From: Solirubrobacterales bacterium
Lineage (GTDB): Bacteria; Actinomycetota; Thermoleophilia; Solirubrobacterales; 70-9
Length of the DNA: 64,000 nt
Assembly: GCA_021323175.1 (NCBI GenBank)
Contig: JAJTCK010000002.1
Span: forward strand, 467 to 64,466
Direction: 5' to 3'
The notes below the pieces were generated by a model that made no database searches, was not told the DNA's origin, and saw only the letters and a list, made by a program, of their open reading frames with translations. The stretch's first letter is position 1, and each line of letters starts with the position of its first letter. This document shows positions 1 through 10,498 of the stretch, piece by piece. The translations under genes were made by a program, and so were the position numbers.

Positions 1-955
1 GCCCGGGGAACACGGAGATGGCGGAGGGAGCTGCGATGCGCTCGCCGGGAAGCAGGCGCCAGCGGTCGCGGCGCTCCGCCCAGTACAGCCGCATCGAGGG
101 AGCGATCGCGTCGCACATCCAGAACATCGTCAGGAAGTCGCAGGCCTCGTCGAGCGAGAACCTGCGCTCCAGCACGCCGCCCGAGTCCGACCAGCGGCGG
201 TACTTCTCCAGCAGGTAAGCGGCCAGGCCGATGGGCGAATCGGTCAGGCCGGGAGAGAGCGAGTCGGGCGCGACCGACTGGATCAGGATGTGGTGCCCCT
301 CCCGTCGCAGCCAGCGCTGCGCGCGCTGGGCGTAGGCGATCTCAGCCTTGCTCATCGGCGGCTCCTCCAGGTCCACCGGCGTCGGCAGGACTCCGGGCGT
401 GCTGACGTACAGGGCCGAGACCCGGTCCGGCGCGTCGAACGCCATTCGCGCCGCGATGATTCCGCCCCAGTCGCCGCCGGCGACGGCGTAGCGCTCGAGG
501 CCCAGACCATCGCCGAGCAGCGCGCGCAGCCGCGTCGACATCCCTACGACGTTCAGCGGCGTCGCAGGCGGCTGCGACCAGGCGAAGCCAGGCAGCGAGG
601 GAACGATCGCCTGGCGGCCGGTCTGGGCGAGCAGCCTCGCGGCGGCCTCGTACTCGATCGGCCCGCTCGGCCAGCCGTGCAGCAACACGACCGGCTCGCT
701 GCTCGGCTCCCCGAGCATCAGGAAGTGGATTCCGTCCCAGGTCGAGCTGCCGAGCTCCTGCAGGCGCTGCAGCCGGGCGAAGTCGTAGCCGCTCTCCCAA
801 TGGCGACAGACGCGCTCGGCGACCCGCAGGTCGGTGCCGAGGGCCCACCCGGGGCTCACCGGCTGGTCCGGCCAGCGCGCAGAGTCCAACCGCCGCCTCA
901 GGTCGGCGACGCGCTCCTGCTCGAACCCGACCGGGAACGGCTCGGCGCCGCTCAC
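1..955 (-). CDS. Epoxide hydrolase-like alpha/beta hydrolase (N-terminal part; gene continues past window start)
   Basis: Own minus-strand translation from GTG at 955: VSGAEPFPVGFEQERVADLRRRLDSARWPDQP...VVLLHGWPSGPIEY...AVAGGDWGG. This shows an epoxide-hydrolase N-terminal domain, an HGWP oxyanion motif and an Asp nucleophile elbow. The GTG overlaps the cinA stop (GTGA). It is absent from the ORF track because it is truncated by the window edge. Confidence 0.7.
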   Translation of the reverse strand, partial: MSGAEPFPVGFEQERVADLRRRLDSARWPDQPVSPGWALGTDLRVAERVCRHWESGYDFARLQRLQELGSSTWDGIHFLMLGEPSSEPVVLLHGWPSGPIEYEAAARLLAQTGRQAIVPSLPGFAWSQPPATPLNVVGMSTRLRALLGDGLGLERYAVAGGDWGGIIAARMAFDAPDRVSALYVSTPGVLPTPVDLEEPPMSKAEIAYAQRAQRWLRREGHHILIQSVAPDSLSPGLTDSPIGLAAYLLEKYRRWSDSGGVLERRFSLDEACDFLTMFWMCDAIAPSMRLYWAERRDRWRLLPGERIAAPSAISVFPG

Positions 956-2274
956 CGCGGCGGCTCCCTGCCCTCCAGCAGGTACCGCAGCAGGTGCATG
1001 GCGACTACCACCGACCGGTCGCGGATGTCGGCGCGGTCACCGGGCAGCACGATGTCCCGCGGAAGCAGCTCTCCCGAGCGGCTCTTGACACAGAAGCAGA
1101 CGTAGCCGACCGGCTTCTCCTCGGTGCCGCCGCCGGGCCCCGCGATACCCGTCACCGAGCACGCGACGTCGGCGCCGAACCTCTCGAGCGCTCCGTCGGC
1201 CATCTGCTCGGCGACCTCGGGCGAGACTGCGCCGTGGCTCTCGATCAGGGCCGGATCCACTCCGAGCAGCTGGGCCTTGGCCTCGTTCGAGTACGCGACC
1301 ACACCGCCGCGGAAGTACTCGGATGCCCCGGCCCGCTCGGTCAAGCGCCCTGCGAGCAGCCCGCCCGTGCACGACTCCGCGACCGCGACGGTCCGCCCGT
1401 CCAGGGCCTTCGCGACGACCTCGCCGATGCTCTCGCCGGATTCGCTGTAGGTCCACCGGCCCAGGCGACGCTCGAGCCCGGCGCGGAGGCCCTCGGCGGC
1501 GGCCTCGTCACCGGCGCGGTGACGGACGTCGGTGATCAACTCGCCGCCGCGCAGGCAGGTGGTGATCTCCAAACGGTCGAGCCGCGCCCCATCCTCTCTT
1601 TCGATTTCGCGCAGGGCCTTGGCCAGCTCGGACTCCGGCAGGCCGAACATGCGGATCGAGAACGCCTCGTAGGGCTGCGCGCGGTCGAGGACCTTCCTGG
1701 CGGGGTCCGTGGCGAGCGCGCGCGGCCACATGTCGTGCAGCTCGCGTGGCGGCCCGGGCAGGACGATCACGAGCTGGTCGCCGGCCGGCACGACCAGCCC
1801 CGGGGCGGTCCCGGAGGGCACGATGGGCGTTGCGCCCTCGGGTACCATCGCCTGCTTGCGGTTCGCCTCGCGCAGGGCGTCCGCGTCGAATTTCATCCGC
1901 CGCGCGAATCCCTCCAGGATCGTATGGATCGTTTCCTCCATGCCCTCGTCGAGCACCATCTCCCGCCCGGCAAACCGTCCGACCATCTCGGCCGTCAAGT
2001 CGTCGGCCGTGGGCCCAAGGCCGCCGGTCGTGAAGATCAGGTCAGCGTCCTGGTCGCGCATCGCCTCCAGGGCGGACAGCAGGTCCGAGGGGCGGTCCGC
2101 CACGATCGCGATCTGGATCACCTCGACGCCGAGCTCCGCGAGCCGTGCCGAGATCCAGGGTCCGTTGCGGTCGGTGATGAATCCGCTCAGCACCTCGGTC
2201 CCCGTCACCAAGATTCCCGCCCGCACGCTGCTCGCCCCGTCGCTCACGCGGGCATTCTGACTGGTCGGAGCCAT
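952..2274 (-). CDS. cinA: CinA: competence/damage-inducible protein with MoCF-like N-domain and nicotinamide-nucleotide amidase (PncC) C-domain
   Basis: ORF 952..2415 trimmed to the ATG at 2274 (MAPTSQNARV..), which has a GGGGAG RBS upstream. Contains GILVTGTEVLSG..FTTGGLGPTADD and C-terminal AESCTGGLLA..TGIAGPGGG motifs. Confidence 0.85.
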   Translation of the reverse strand: MAPTSQNARVSDGASSVRAGILVTGTEVLSGFITDRNGPWISARLAELGVEVIQIAIVADRPSDLLSALEAMRDQDADLIFTTGGLGPTADDLTAEMVGRFAGREMVLDEGMEETIHTILEGFARRMKFDADALREANRKQAMVPEGATPIVPSGTAPGLVVPAGDQLVIVLPGPPRELHDMWPRALATDPARKVLDRAQPYEAFSIRMFGLPESELAKALREIEREDGARLDRLEITTCLRGGELITDVRHRAGDEAAAEGLRAGLERRLGRWTYSESGESIGEVVAKALDGRTVAVAESCTGGLLAGRLTERAGASEYFRGGVVAYSNEAKAQLLGVDPALIESHGAVSPEVAEQMADGALERFGADVACSVTGIAGPGGGTEEKPVGYVCFCVKSRSGELLPRDIVLPGDRADIRDRSVVVAMHLLRYLLEGREPPR

Positions 2275-2299
2275 CCGGCTCCCCTCGCGACGGGGGGCG

Positions 2300-2872
2300 T
2301 CAGAGCCCGAGGCTGCGCACGCCGGGCTCGTCCCAGCCCAGGTGGTGGGCCACCTCGTGGCGAACCGTGCGCTCGACCTGGGCCCGCAGCAGCTCAGGGC
2401 TGTGGCCGAAGTCACGCTCCAGTGTGTCCTGGTAGATCACGATCCGGTCCGGAAACGAGTCGCGCGCGACGGTGCCGCCCATGTAGTGGCCGTAGGCGCG
2501 GAACTCGTGACCGAGGTTGGACACGACCACCGGGGTCGTCTCGAGCACCCTCTGGAACTCCGGGGGCAGGCCGTCCAGCGCCTGGATCACCAGCTCGTCG
2601 AACTCACTCGGCGGGTAGTCGGGCGGCGGCAGCGAGGCGAGCAGCTCGCTGCGATCCACGAGCCGCCTGAAGTCCGGCTCCGGCATCTCGTCGCCGATGA
2701 GGACGGTGGTCACCCAGGCGGTGACGAGGATGATCGCCGCAGCCCCGAACAGCAGCGTCAGCAGGTCCTCCAGACCGGCCAGCGATGGAGGGTTGAGCAG
2801 GAAGAAGACGAGGCCGGTCAGCAATGCCGTGAGAGCGGCCGCTCGCAGGGGCGGTCCGAAGGCCTCCTTCAT
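2300..2872 (-). CDS. Zincin-like metallopeptidase family protein with N-terminal membrane segments
   Basis: ORF 2300..2872. Hydrophobic N-terminus and a C-terminal HEVAHHLG (HExxH) motif. Confidence 0.65.
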   Translation of the reverse strand: MKEAFGPPLRAAALTALLTGLVFFLLNPPSLAGLEDLLTLLFGAAAIILVTAWVTTVLIGDEMPEPDFRRLVDRSELLASLPPPDYPPSEFDELVIQALDGLPPEFQRVLETTPVVVSNLGHEFRAYGHYMGGTVARDSFPDRIVIYQDTLERDFGHSPELLRAQVERTVRHEVAHHLGWDEPGVRSLGL

Positions 2873-2914
2873 CCCACTCAGGGTAGAGGCGCCCGTCAGA
2901 GGCCCCTGGTTGGG

Positions 2915-5551
2915 TCAGGCTTCGGGGGAGCCCGCCAGCTCGGGCCGCTCGCCCGTCTCGTCCTCGGAGCGCGATGCGGCGGTGTCGGTCGGTTCGGCGG
3001 AGGCGCCGCCCATGACGCGCGGCAGGTCAGCCATCGAGACCAGGACCTGTCGGGGCTTCGAGCCCTCGTACCCGGAGATGATCCCGCGTCGCTCGAGCAT
3101 GTCGATAAGCCTGCCGGCGCGGGTGTAGCCGACGCGCAGCCGGCGCTGGATCATCGAGACGGACGCGGTCCCCGACTCGACGACGACCCGGGCGGCCTGC
3201 TCGAGCAGCTCGTCCTGGTCGGGGTCGAAGTCGTCGTCGCCCGACGCTGCCTCGCCCGACGGGTCGACCGCTTCCAGCAGCTCCTCGGCGAACTCCGGCT
3301 CGCCCTGCTCGGCCCAGTGCTCGGTGATCCTGGCGATCTCTGCCTCGGTCACGAACGCGCCTTGGATCCGCTGCAGCTTGCCCGTGCCGGCCGGGCGGAA
3401 GAGCATGTCCCCCTGACCCAGCAGGGTCTCCGCCCCGCCCTGGTCCAGGATCACTCGCGAATCGACCTGCGAGGAGACCGCGAACGCGATCCGCGCCGGG
3501 ATGTTCACCTTGATCGTTCCCGTGATGATGTCGGTGGAGGGACGCTGCGTCGCGAGCAACAGGTGGATGCCGACCGCGCGGGACTTCTGCGCGAGGCGGA
3601 TGATCGCGTCCTCGACCTCGGCCGGGGCGACCATCATCAGGTCGGCGAGCTCGTCGATCACGCAGAGGATGTGCGGCAGCGGCGGCTCTCCGGCCGCTTG
3701 GCGCGCCTTGTTCAGCTCGGCGAGGTTGCGTGCGCGGGCCTCCTCCATGACGCCGTATCGGCTCTCCATCTCGGCGATCAGGTTGCCCAGCACGTTGGCC
3801 GCCAGCCGCGGCGAGGTGACGACGGGGGTGAGCAGATGCGGGACGTTCTCATAGTGGTTCAGCTCGACGCGCTTGGGGTCCACCAGGACAAGCCGGACCT
3901 CGTTCGGCGAGGCGTGGAGCAGGATTGAGCTCAGGATCGCGTTGACGCTGCCTGACTTGCCCGAGCCGGTGGTGCCGGCGATCAGCGCATGCGGCATCTT
4001 CTGCAAGTCGGTCCAGATGGCGGCGCCGCTGATGTCCTTGCCGAGCCAGGCGACGAGCGGCGAGGCTCCCTGGGGACGGCCGCCGTAGATGTCGCCCAGG
4101 CGCACCAGGCGGCGGCGCTGGTTGGGCACCTCGACGCCGACGGCCTGCTTGCCGGGAATCGGCGCCAGGATGCGGATGTCGGTTGAGGCGAGCGCGTAGG
4201 CCAGATCGTCCTTCAGTGCTGTGATCTTCGAGACCTTGGTTCCGGGCGCAAGACGCAGCTCGTAGCGGCTGACGTGCGGGCCGACGACCGTGCCGACGAT
4301 CTGGGCCTGGACTCCGAAATGCCCGAGCGCCTCCAGCAGCGTCGTGCCGACGCCCTCGTGGTCCGCGTTGTCGGGCGCCTTCTCCGGGGCCCCCTGCTCC
4401 AGCACCGCCTCCGCCTCGGGCGCCTCGTAGTCCATCTCCTCCGACTCGGTCACCCCGTCGGGGGAGCGCCGTCGTCCCTGGGGGGTGAGCTTGACGGCTT
4501 CGCGATCATCGTGCACGTCCACGGCTTCTTCCGCGGGGGCGCGCGGGCCGGGCTCCTCCCCCCCTTCGCCCCCGCCCCCGGCCCCGGCTTCCTCGCCCGC
4601 CTTCGCGATCCTGATCGTCTCAGCGTCCTGTTCGGTGTCGGGCTCCTCCTCGATGCGGACCGCCTCGTCGAAGTTGGCGACGCCCGGCGCGCCGGGCTCG
4701 GCCGGCGGCGGGTCGGCGCGGCTGATCACGGGGGTCGCGTCGACAGGCTCGGGCGGGCCGAAGACCGGGTCGGTGTCGATCGGATCCGTGCCGATCAGGT
4801 CGGGGTCGGTCTTCCCTGCGCGGGACTCGCGCATCAGAGTCACGAAGTCGGCGGCTCCGTCGCGGGCCCGCGAGAACCCGCGCAGCGCAGCGGCGATCAT
4901 GTCGGAGACGGAGCGGCCCATGACCAGCAGGACACCGGCGACGACGAGGAGCACCGCGATGATGTGGGCGCCGATCCGCTGGAACAGGGTCGTGCTGGCC
5001 CAGTACAGGACCTCGCCGAGCGCGCCGCCGTGCTCGCTGAAGAACTCCGGGGCGAACAGCCTCTCGCGTGTTCCGTCGGGTCCGAATCCTGCGGTCTGCG
5101 CAGCCAGGGCCAGCAGCAGGCCGGCGGCGATCGCGAACACTCCGACCGCCAGGGCGCGCGGAGAGGGCAGCAGGGGCCTCAGGATCAGCCCGAGCCCGCC
5201 CAGGGCCAGCACCACCGGGAAGACGATCGAGCCACCCCCCACCGCGTGGTCCAGAGCCACCTCTGTGCCGTTTCCGACGGTCCCGCCGTTCCAGCCGAGG
5301 TAGATCACGTACCCGAGGTAGATCGCCAGCGCCAGGCACCCCAGGCCCAGCAGGTCCATACGGCGCTGGCGCGCCTCGTCGGCCGAGATCCGACGGCCGG
5401 CCGCGCGTGCGCGGCCGGGCGCGGGCGCCCGGCCCCCGCGCTCCTTGGCGCCGCCCGCACGGCTCAGCTTCGCTCGTGAGCGCGCAGGCGCTTTCTTGCG
5501 CCGCTTCGGGGGTTCCCGCTCGGGCGCGCCGAAGATCCTGTCTGCAAGCAT
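2915..5551 (-). CDS. ftsK: DNA translocase FtsK/SpoIIIE
   Basis: ORF 2915..5632. Has N-terminal TM helices, a Pro/acidic linker, Walker A GTTGSGKS, and a C-terminal gamma domain (SVSMIQRRLRVGYTRAGRLID). Start moved to the ATG at 5551 (MLADRIF), which has an AAGGGTGGG RBS. The upstream TTG extension uses low-GC3 codons. Confidence 0.93.
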   Translation of the reverse strand: MLADRIFGAPEREPPKRRKKAPARSRAKLSRAGGAKERGGRAPAPGRARAAGRRISADEARQRRMDLLGLGCLALAIYLGYVIYLGWNGGTVGNGTEVALDHAVGGGSIVFPVVLALGGLGLILRPLLPSPRALAVGVFAIAAGLLLALAAQTAGFGPDGTRERLFAPEFFSEHGGALGEVLYWASTTLFQRIGAHIIAVLLVVAGVLLVMGRSVSDMIAAALRGFSRARDGAADFVTLMRESRAGKTDPDLIGTDPIDTDPVFGPPEPVDATPVISRADPPPAEPGAPGVANFDEAVRIEEEPDTEQDAETIRIAKAGEEAGAGGGGEGGEEPGPRAPAEEAVDVHDDREAVKLTPQGRRRSPDGVTESEEMDYEAPEAEAVLEQGAPEKAPDNADHEGVGTTLLEALGHFGVQAQIVGTVVGPHVSRYELRLAPGTKVSKITALKDDLAYALASTDIRILAPIPGKQAVGVEVPNQRRRLVRLGDIYGGRPQGASPLVAWLGKDISGAAIWTDLQKMPHALIAGTTGSGKSGSVNAILSSILLHASPNEVRLVLVDPKRVELNHYENVPHLLTPVVTSPRLAANVLGNLIAEMESRYGVMEEARARNLAELNKARQAAGEPPLPHILCVIDELADLMMVAPAEVEDAIIRLAQKSRAVGIHLLLATQRPSTDIITGTIKVNIPARIAFAVSSQVDSRVILDQGGAETLLGQGDMLFRPAGTGKLQRIQGAFVTEAEIARITEHWAEQGEPEFAEELLEAVDPSGEAASGDDDFDPDQDELLEQAARVVVESGTASVSMIQRRLRVGYTRAGRLIDMLERRGIISGYEGSKPRQVLVSMADLPRVMGGASAEPTDTAASRSEDETGERPELAGSPEA

Positions 5552-5673
5552 CCGCCCACCCTTCGACGCGCGCGACGCGTCCCCTTCCGCGCACACTCCA
5601 CGCACGACCCGCCCCCATAAAACTTGGCTCAAGGATGGCGGGATTCCGGCCTTCCGCGCTTACCCTTTCGGTT

Positions 5674-6369
5674 ATGAACGACGCGATTCAGAGCGCGCGC
5701 GTGCTCGTCGTCGAGGACGACGAGGCCATCGCGGACGTCCTGCGACGCTCGCTGCGCGCCGAGGGACACGAGGTCGAGAGCGCCGCCGACGGGGTCGAGG
5801 CTCTGACCATCACCGAGCGCTTCTCCCCCGACCTGGTGATTCTGGACCTCGGGCTCCCGCGGCTCGACGGGATCGATGTCCTGAAGCGGCTGCGGATTGA
5901 CGGGGACGTCCCGATCCTCATCCTCACCGCCCGCACGGAGACCGACGAGCGTGTCCAGGGGCTCGACGCGGGGGCCGACGACTACCTGCCGAAGCCGTTC
6001 GAGCGCGCCGAGCTGCTCGCGCGGATTCGCGCGCTCCTGCGACGCCGCCCCCCGCGCGGAAGCGCCTCGATCGCGGTCGGCGACCTGCTGCTGAATCCGG
6101 ACTCCCGCGAGGTGAAGCGCGGAGGACGCGAGATCGAGCTGACCAACCGCGAGTTCGAACTGCTGGAGTACCTGGCCGAGAACCAGAAGCTAGTCGTCTC
6201 GCGCCAGCGGCTGCTCGAGGACGTCTGGGGATATGACCCCTTCGAGGAGACGAACACGATCGACGTCTTCATCTCCAACCTGCGTCGCAAGCTCGAGGCG
6301 GGTGACGAGCCGCGCATGCTCCACACGAAACGGGGCGCCGGCTACGTTCTGAAGCCGACCGAGGGCTGA
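5674..6369 (+). CDS. OmpR-family two-component response regulator
   Basis: C-terminal part of ORF 5068..6369 from ATG 5674 (MNDAIQSARVLVVEDD). Receiver domain with DLVILDLGLP, followed by a winged-helix domain (NREFELLEYL..RGAGY). Confidence 0.92.
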   Translation: MNDAIQSARVLVVEDDEAIADVLRRSLRAEGHEVESAADGVEALTITERFSPDLVILDLGLPRLDGIDVLKRLRIDGDVPILILTARTETDERVQGLDAGADDYLPKPFERAELLARIRALLRRRPPRGSASIAVGDLLLNPDSREVKRGGREIELTNREFELLEYLAENQKLVVSRQRLLEDVWGYDPFEETNTIDVFISNLRRKLEAGDEPRMLHTKRGAGYVLKPTEG

Positions 6370-7859
6370 TGTCGCGGCTCTCGTGGCCGGAGAGGATCCC
6401 GGTCCGGTGGCGGATCGCGGTCACCTGCGCCGGACTCACCTTCCTGATCCTCCTCTGCTTCGCCGGGGTGCTCGGCAGCCTGGTGTCCGACCGGATCCGG
6501 GACGACTTCAACGACGAGCTCCGAACCGGCGCCAGCTCACTGGCCGGCGAGCTGAGCTTTAACACCACCCTCGGCGAGACCGCCGAGACCCGTCGCCTGA
6601 ACGACTCGGCGATGGCCGGCGACGCGGTGATCCGGGTTGTGGACCGGCTCGGGCGACCGGTCAGCCCGAACGCCTCGACCAGCTTGTTCACCGACCTGGG
6701 CGCCCCCCGCGCGAACGTCGAGCACTTCGGCCGCTACGCGGTCGCGAGCGAGCCCATCCAGGGGACCGCCGCCTTCGTCCAGTACGCCAAGCCCTATGCG
6801 GACGTGGAGGCGACCGTGGACCGCCTGTGGCTCTTCCTGGGGGCCGGCGTGCTGGGCGGCACGGTGCTGGCGTTGCTGGCCGGCCTGGCCGTCGCCAACC
6901 GGGCGCTCAACCCGATCAGGGCCCTGACCTCGCAGGCTCGCGAGATCGAGGAAACCCGCGACCCATCCAGGCACATGCCGATCCCGGCGGCCGACGACGA
7001 GATCGGGGAGCTGGCCGAGACCATGGACGGCATGCTCGCCTCACTGGACGAGGCGCGCAGCGAACGAGAGCGCGCCTTCGAGCGCCAGCGCGAGTTCGTC
7101 GCCGACGCCTCTCACGAGCTGCGGACGCCCCTGACGAGCGTGCAGGCCAACCTGGAGCTGTTGCAGACCGCGCTCGGGAGCGCATCGGATGACGACCGCC
7201 ACGCCATCGACTCCGCGCTCGGCTCCACGCGACGGATGTCCCGGCTGGTCAGCGACCTGCTGCTGCTGGCGCGCGCCGACGCCGGACGCCGCTCGGCCCG
7301 CACTCACGCCGACCTGGCCGAGGTCGCTCGCACGGCGGTGGCCGAAGTCGCCCACCTTGCCGAGCGGCATGCCCTCCACTCTGGGGTCTCGAAGGAGGCC
7401 ATCCCGGTCGAGGGCAACCCCGACGAGCTGCACCGCCTCGCCCTCAACCTTCTCGAGAACGCCGTGCGCCACACCCCGCCCGGCTCGACCATCGAGCTGT
7501 ACGCGGGACGCGACGGCGACGAGGCCCTGCTGGAGGTCAGCGACGACGGCCCCGGAATCCCGCGGGAGATCCGTGATCAGGTCTTCGAGCGGTTCGTCCG
7601 GGGCGAGGGCCCCGCCGACACCGCCGCGCGGGGCGGCAGCGGGCTCGGGCTGGCGATCGTACGCGCGGTGGCCGCCTCCCACGGGGGGACCGTCGAGGCC
7701 GGGGAGTCGGACCGCGGTGGCGCCCGGCTCACGGTGCGGATTCCTTTACTCCGGATTGACTCCCCCGACGTAGTTTCAGATGCGGACGAGATAACGCCCG
7801 CGGGGGCCGCCCTCCCTCGGCCCCCGCGGGCCAGTTCCCGGCCGCCAGCGGGCCGCTGA
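6369..7859 (+). CDS. Sensor histidine kinase (2 TM, HAMP, HisKA, HATPase)
   Basis: ORF 6369..7859. H-box ADASHELRTPL, N-box LLENAVRHTP, G-boxes DDGPGI and GSGLGLAI. Start overlaps the regulator stop (TGATG). Confidence 0.92.
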   Translation: MSRLSWPERIPVRWRIAVTCAGLTFLILLCFAGVLGSLVSDRIRDDFNDELRTGASSLAGELSFNTTLGETAETRRLNDSAMAGDAVIRVVDRLGRPVSPNASTSLFTDLGAPRANVEHFGRYAVASEPIQGTAAFVQYAKPYADVEATVDRLWLFLGAGVLGGTVLALLAGLAVANRALNPIRALTSQAREIEETRDPSRHMPIPAADDEIGELAETMDGMLASLDEARSERERAFERQREFVADASHELRTPLTSVQANLELLQTALGSASDDDRHAIDSALGSTRRMSRLVSDLLLLARADAGRRSARTHADLAEVARTAVAEVAHLAERHALHSGVSKEAIPVEGNPDELHRLALNLLENAVRHTPPGSTIELYAGRDGDEALLEVSDDGPGIPREIRDQVFERFVRGEGPADTAARGGSGLGLAIVRAVAASHGGTVEAGESDRGGARLTVRIPLLRIDSPDVVSDADEITPAGAALPRPPRASSRPPAGR

Positions 7860-7942
7860 CTTCGGAGCGCCGGCTCGCGGCGCGACTGATGCGGGCGACC
7901 GCCTGTGACCACAACCTGGTGGCGAAGCCGGCGAAGAGCCGC

Positions 7943-9604
7943 TCACACCTCCACCACCACCGGCAGGACCAACGGGCGCCGGCGAAGCTCCTTCCACACG
8001 AACTCCGCCACGTCGTCGTGCAGGTCCTCCTGGAGCAGCGTGACCTCACGGACGTCGTCCTCGGCCGCCTCCTCGAGCGTCTCCGAGACGACCTCGCTCA
8101 GGTCGTCGCGCAGGCCGTCGGCCTCATCGGCGTCGGGCATGCCGCGGAAGATGATCTCGGGATCGGCCACCTGCGACCCGTCGTCGTTCGAGATCGTCGC
8201 CACGACGATCACGACGCCGTCGTCGCTCAGCTTGCGCCGGTCGCGCAGCGCGAACTCGTCCGGCTCACCGACTGCCACACCGTCCACGAAGATCATGCTG
8301 GCGTGGACGTCCTCGCCGAACGAGGCGCCGCCGCCGTCCAACTCCAGCGCCAGGCCGTTGCGGCCGGTGAAGATGTCGTCGCGTTCCATCCCGACCGCCT
8401 CCGCCAGGTCGCCGTGCAGCCGCATTCGCTTGTGGTCTCCGTGGAAGGGGAACACGTAGCGAGGCTTGGTCAGGTTCAGCATCAGCTTCATCTCCTCCTG
8501 CCAGCCGTGCCCCGAGGCGTGGATCGGGGCGTCGCGCGCGGTCACCACCGAGGCGCCGATCTGGTAGATCCGGTCGATCGTCTCGTTGACCGAGCGCTCA
8601 TTGCCCGGAATCGGCGTCGCCGAGAAGATCACCGTGTCGCCTGAGTGCAGCCGCACGTCGCGGTGGTCGTTGTGGGCCATCCTGCGCAGCGCCGAGAGTG
8701 GCTCGCCCTGGGAGCCCGTCGAGATCACGACGACCTTGTGATCGGGATGGTCCTCGATCTCCTTGGGCTGGATGAAGATGCCATCCGGTGCGTGCGCGAT
8801 GCCCAGGTTGTCGGCGATGTTGAAGTTCTTGCGCATGGATCGCCCCACCAGGGCGACCTTGCGGTCCAGCTGCGCGGCCGCGTCGATCGCCTGTTGGACG
8901 CGGTGGATGTTGGAGGCGAACGAGGTAACCACGATGCGTCCGGAGCAGCGCGAGAAGACCTCGAGCAGAGCCGGGCCCACGCTCGACTCCGACGGGGCGA
9001 TCCCGGGCCGGTCGGCGTTCGTGGAGTCCCCGCACAGGCACAGCAGCCCGTCGCGTCCCAACTCCGCCAGCCGCGAGACGTCCGCCGGCCGCCCGTCCAC
9101 CGGGGTCTGGTCGAACTTGTAGTCGCCGGTGATCAAGGCGGTCCCCACATCCGTGGAGACCACGACGGCGCGCGCGTCGGGGATCGAGTGGGACATGTGG
9201 ACCAGTTCCAGCCGGAAGGGCCCGGCCTGGACGCGTTCGCCGGCCGGCAGCTCCTGCAAAGGCGCGTCTCGCAGCTTGTGCTCGTCGAGCTTGGAGCGGA
9301 CCATGCCGATCGTCAGCAGCCCGCCGTAGATCTTGGGCGGCATCCCGATCTCGCGCAGGACATAGGGAAGCGCGCCGACGTGGTCCTCGTGGCCGTGGGT
9401 GAGCACGATGGCCTCGATGTCGTCGACGCGGTCGCGGAGCGTCGCGAAGTCAGGGAGGACCAGGTCGATCCCAAGCATCTCGGCGGTCGGGAACATCAGC
9501 CCCGTGTCGACGATGACGATGCGACCGTCGTACTCGACGACGGTCATGTTCTTGCCGATCTCGCCCAGGCCCCCCAGGGGCAGAATCCGCAGCTTCGAGC
9601 TCAA
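7943..9604 (-). CDS. rnj: Ribonuclease J
   Basis: ORF 7943..9604. LRILPLGGLGEIGKNM and THGHEDHVGALPY metallo-beta-lactamase/beta-CASP motifs. TTG start 2 nt after the dapA stop. Confidence 0.93.
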   Translation of the reverse strand: MSSKLRILPLGGLGEIGKNMTVVEYDGRIVIVDTGLMFPTAEMLGIDLVLPDFATLRDRVDDIEAIVLTHGHEDHVGALPYVLREIGMPPKIYGGLLTIGMVRSKLDEHKLRDAPLQELPAGERVQAGPFRLELVHMSHSIPDARAVVVSTDVGTALITGDYKFDQTPVDGRPADVSRLAELGRDGLLCLCGDSTNADRPGIAPSESSVGPALLEVFSRCSGRIVVTSFASNIHRVQQAIDAAAQLDRKVALVGRSMRKNFNIADNLGIAHAPDGIFIQPKEIEDHPDHKVVVISTGSQGEPLSALRRMAHNDHRDVRLHSGDTVIFSATPIPGNERSVNETIDRIYQIGASVVTARDAPIHASGHGWQEEMKLMLNLTKPRYVFPFHGDHKRMRLHGDLAEAVGMERDDIFTGRNGLALELDGGGASFGEDVHASMIFVDGVAVGEPDEFALRDRRKLSDDGVVIVVATISNDDGSQVADPEIIFRGMPDADEADGLRDDLSEVVSETLEEAAEDDVREVTLLQEDLHDDVAEFVWKELRRRPLVLPVVVEV

Positions 9605-9606
9605 GG

Positions 9607-10488
9607 TCAGGCAGCGCTCGCGGTCAGCATGCCCCGCGCCGCGAGCGCGGCTCGGATCGTCGCCCGCTGCTCGTCGTCGGCTTCGACCATCGGCAGGCGC
9701 ATCCGGGCCGAGGGGATCAGCTCGAGCATCTCCGCGGCGGCCTTGACGGGAATCGGGTTGGTGGTCACCGCCAGGGCGTCGTAGACGGGACGGATGCCCG
9801 CATCGATCTCCCTCGCCTTGTCCATGTCTCCCGCGCGGACGGCGTCATAGATCGCGCGCATCTCGGCTCCGACGACGTGCGAGGCGACCAGGATCCCGCC
9901 GTTGCCCCCCGCCTCGAGGCAGCGCAGGAAGATGTCGTCGTTGCCGGCCAGCACGTCGAGGCCCTCGACGGCGTCGATCTCGTCGTTGTTGGCCTGCTTG
10001 ACCGCGACGACGTTGTCGATCCGGCTCAACTCGGCGAGCAGGCCCGGGTCGATGTTGACCACCACGCGAGAGGGAATGTTGTAGACGATCAGCGGGGTGC
10101 CGTCGGCCGCGGCGGCGACCGCCTCATAGTGCGCCAGGATGCCGGACCGGTTGGGCTTGTTGTAGTACGGCGTCACGACCAGGACGGCGTCGGCCCCGGC
10201 CTCGACCGCGGCCCCGGTCAGGTGCTCGGAGTGGCGCGTGTCGTTGGTGCCGGTGCCGCAGATCACGACCGCGTCGGCTCCGATCTCCTCCTTGACTGCA
10301 CGCACCAGCTCGACGTCCTCGCTGTCGCTCAGGGTCGGCGACTCGCCAGTCGTGCCGGCCACCACGACCCCATGCGACCCGTGCTCGACGAGGTGCCGAG
10401 CCAGACGCCGCGCCGCGGCGACGTCCACCGAGCCGTCCTCTGCGAACGGCGTCACCATCGCGGTCAGGACTCCCTCCAGCTTCGCCAT
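9607..10488 (-). CDS. dapA: 4-hydroxy-tetrahydrodipicolinate synthase
   Basis: ORF 9607..10821 trimmed to ATG 10488 (MAKLEGVLTAMVTPF..VVVAGTTGESPTLS..YNIPSR). Conserved dapA-rnj adjacency. Confidence 0.92.
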   Translation of the reverse strand: MAKLEGVLTAMVTPFAEDGSVDVAAARRLARHLVEHGSHGVVVAGTTGESPTLSDSEDVELVRAVKEEIGADAVVICGTGTNDTRHSEHLTGAAVEAGADAVLVVTPYYNKPNRSGILAHYEAVAAAADGTPLIVYNIPSRVVVNIDPGLLAELSRIDNVVAVKQANNDEIDAVEGLDVLAGNDDIFLRCLEAGGNGGILVASHVVGAEMRAIYDAVRAGDMDKAREIDAGIRPVYDALAVTTNPIPVKAAAEMLELIPSARMRLPMVEADDEQRATIRAALAARGMLTASAA

Positions 10489-10498
10489 GCGGCTCAGG

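Noticed and set aside
994-3928. Long plus-strand ORFs 994..2670 (558 aa) and 2342..3928 (528 aa)
   Set aside because: They are antisense to cinA, the metallopeptidase and ftsK. Composition is low-complexity Arg/Gly/Ala/Pro with no motifs. The same reasoning rejects 8645..9784, 25400..28084, 27229..29010, 28793..29971, 35288..36649, 36591..37898, 43087..44325, 50140..51603, 51673..52935 and 61618..63270.
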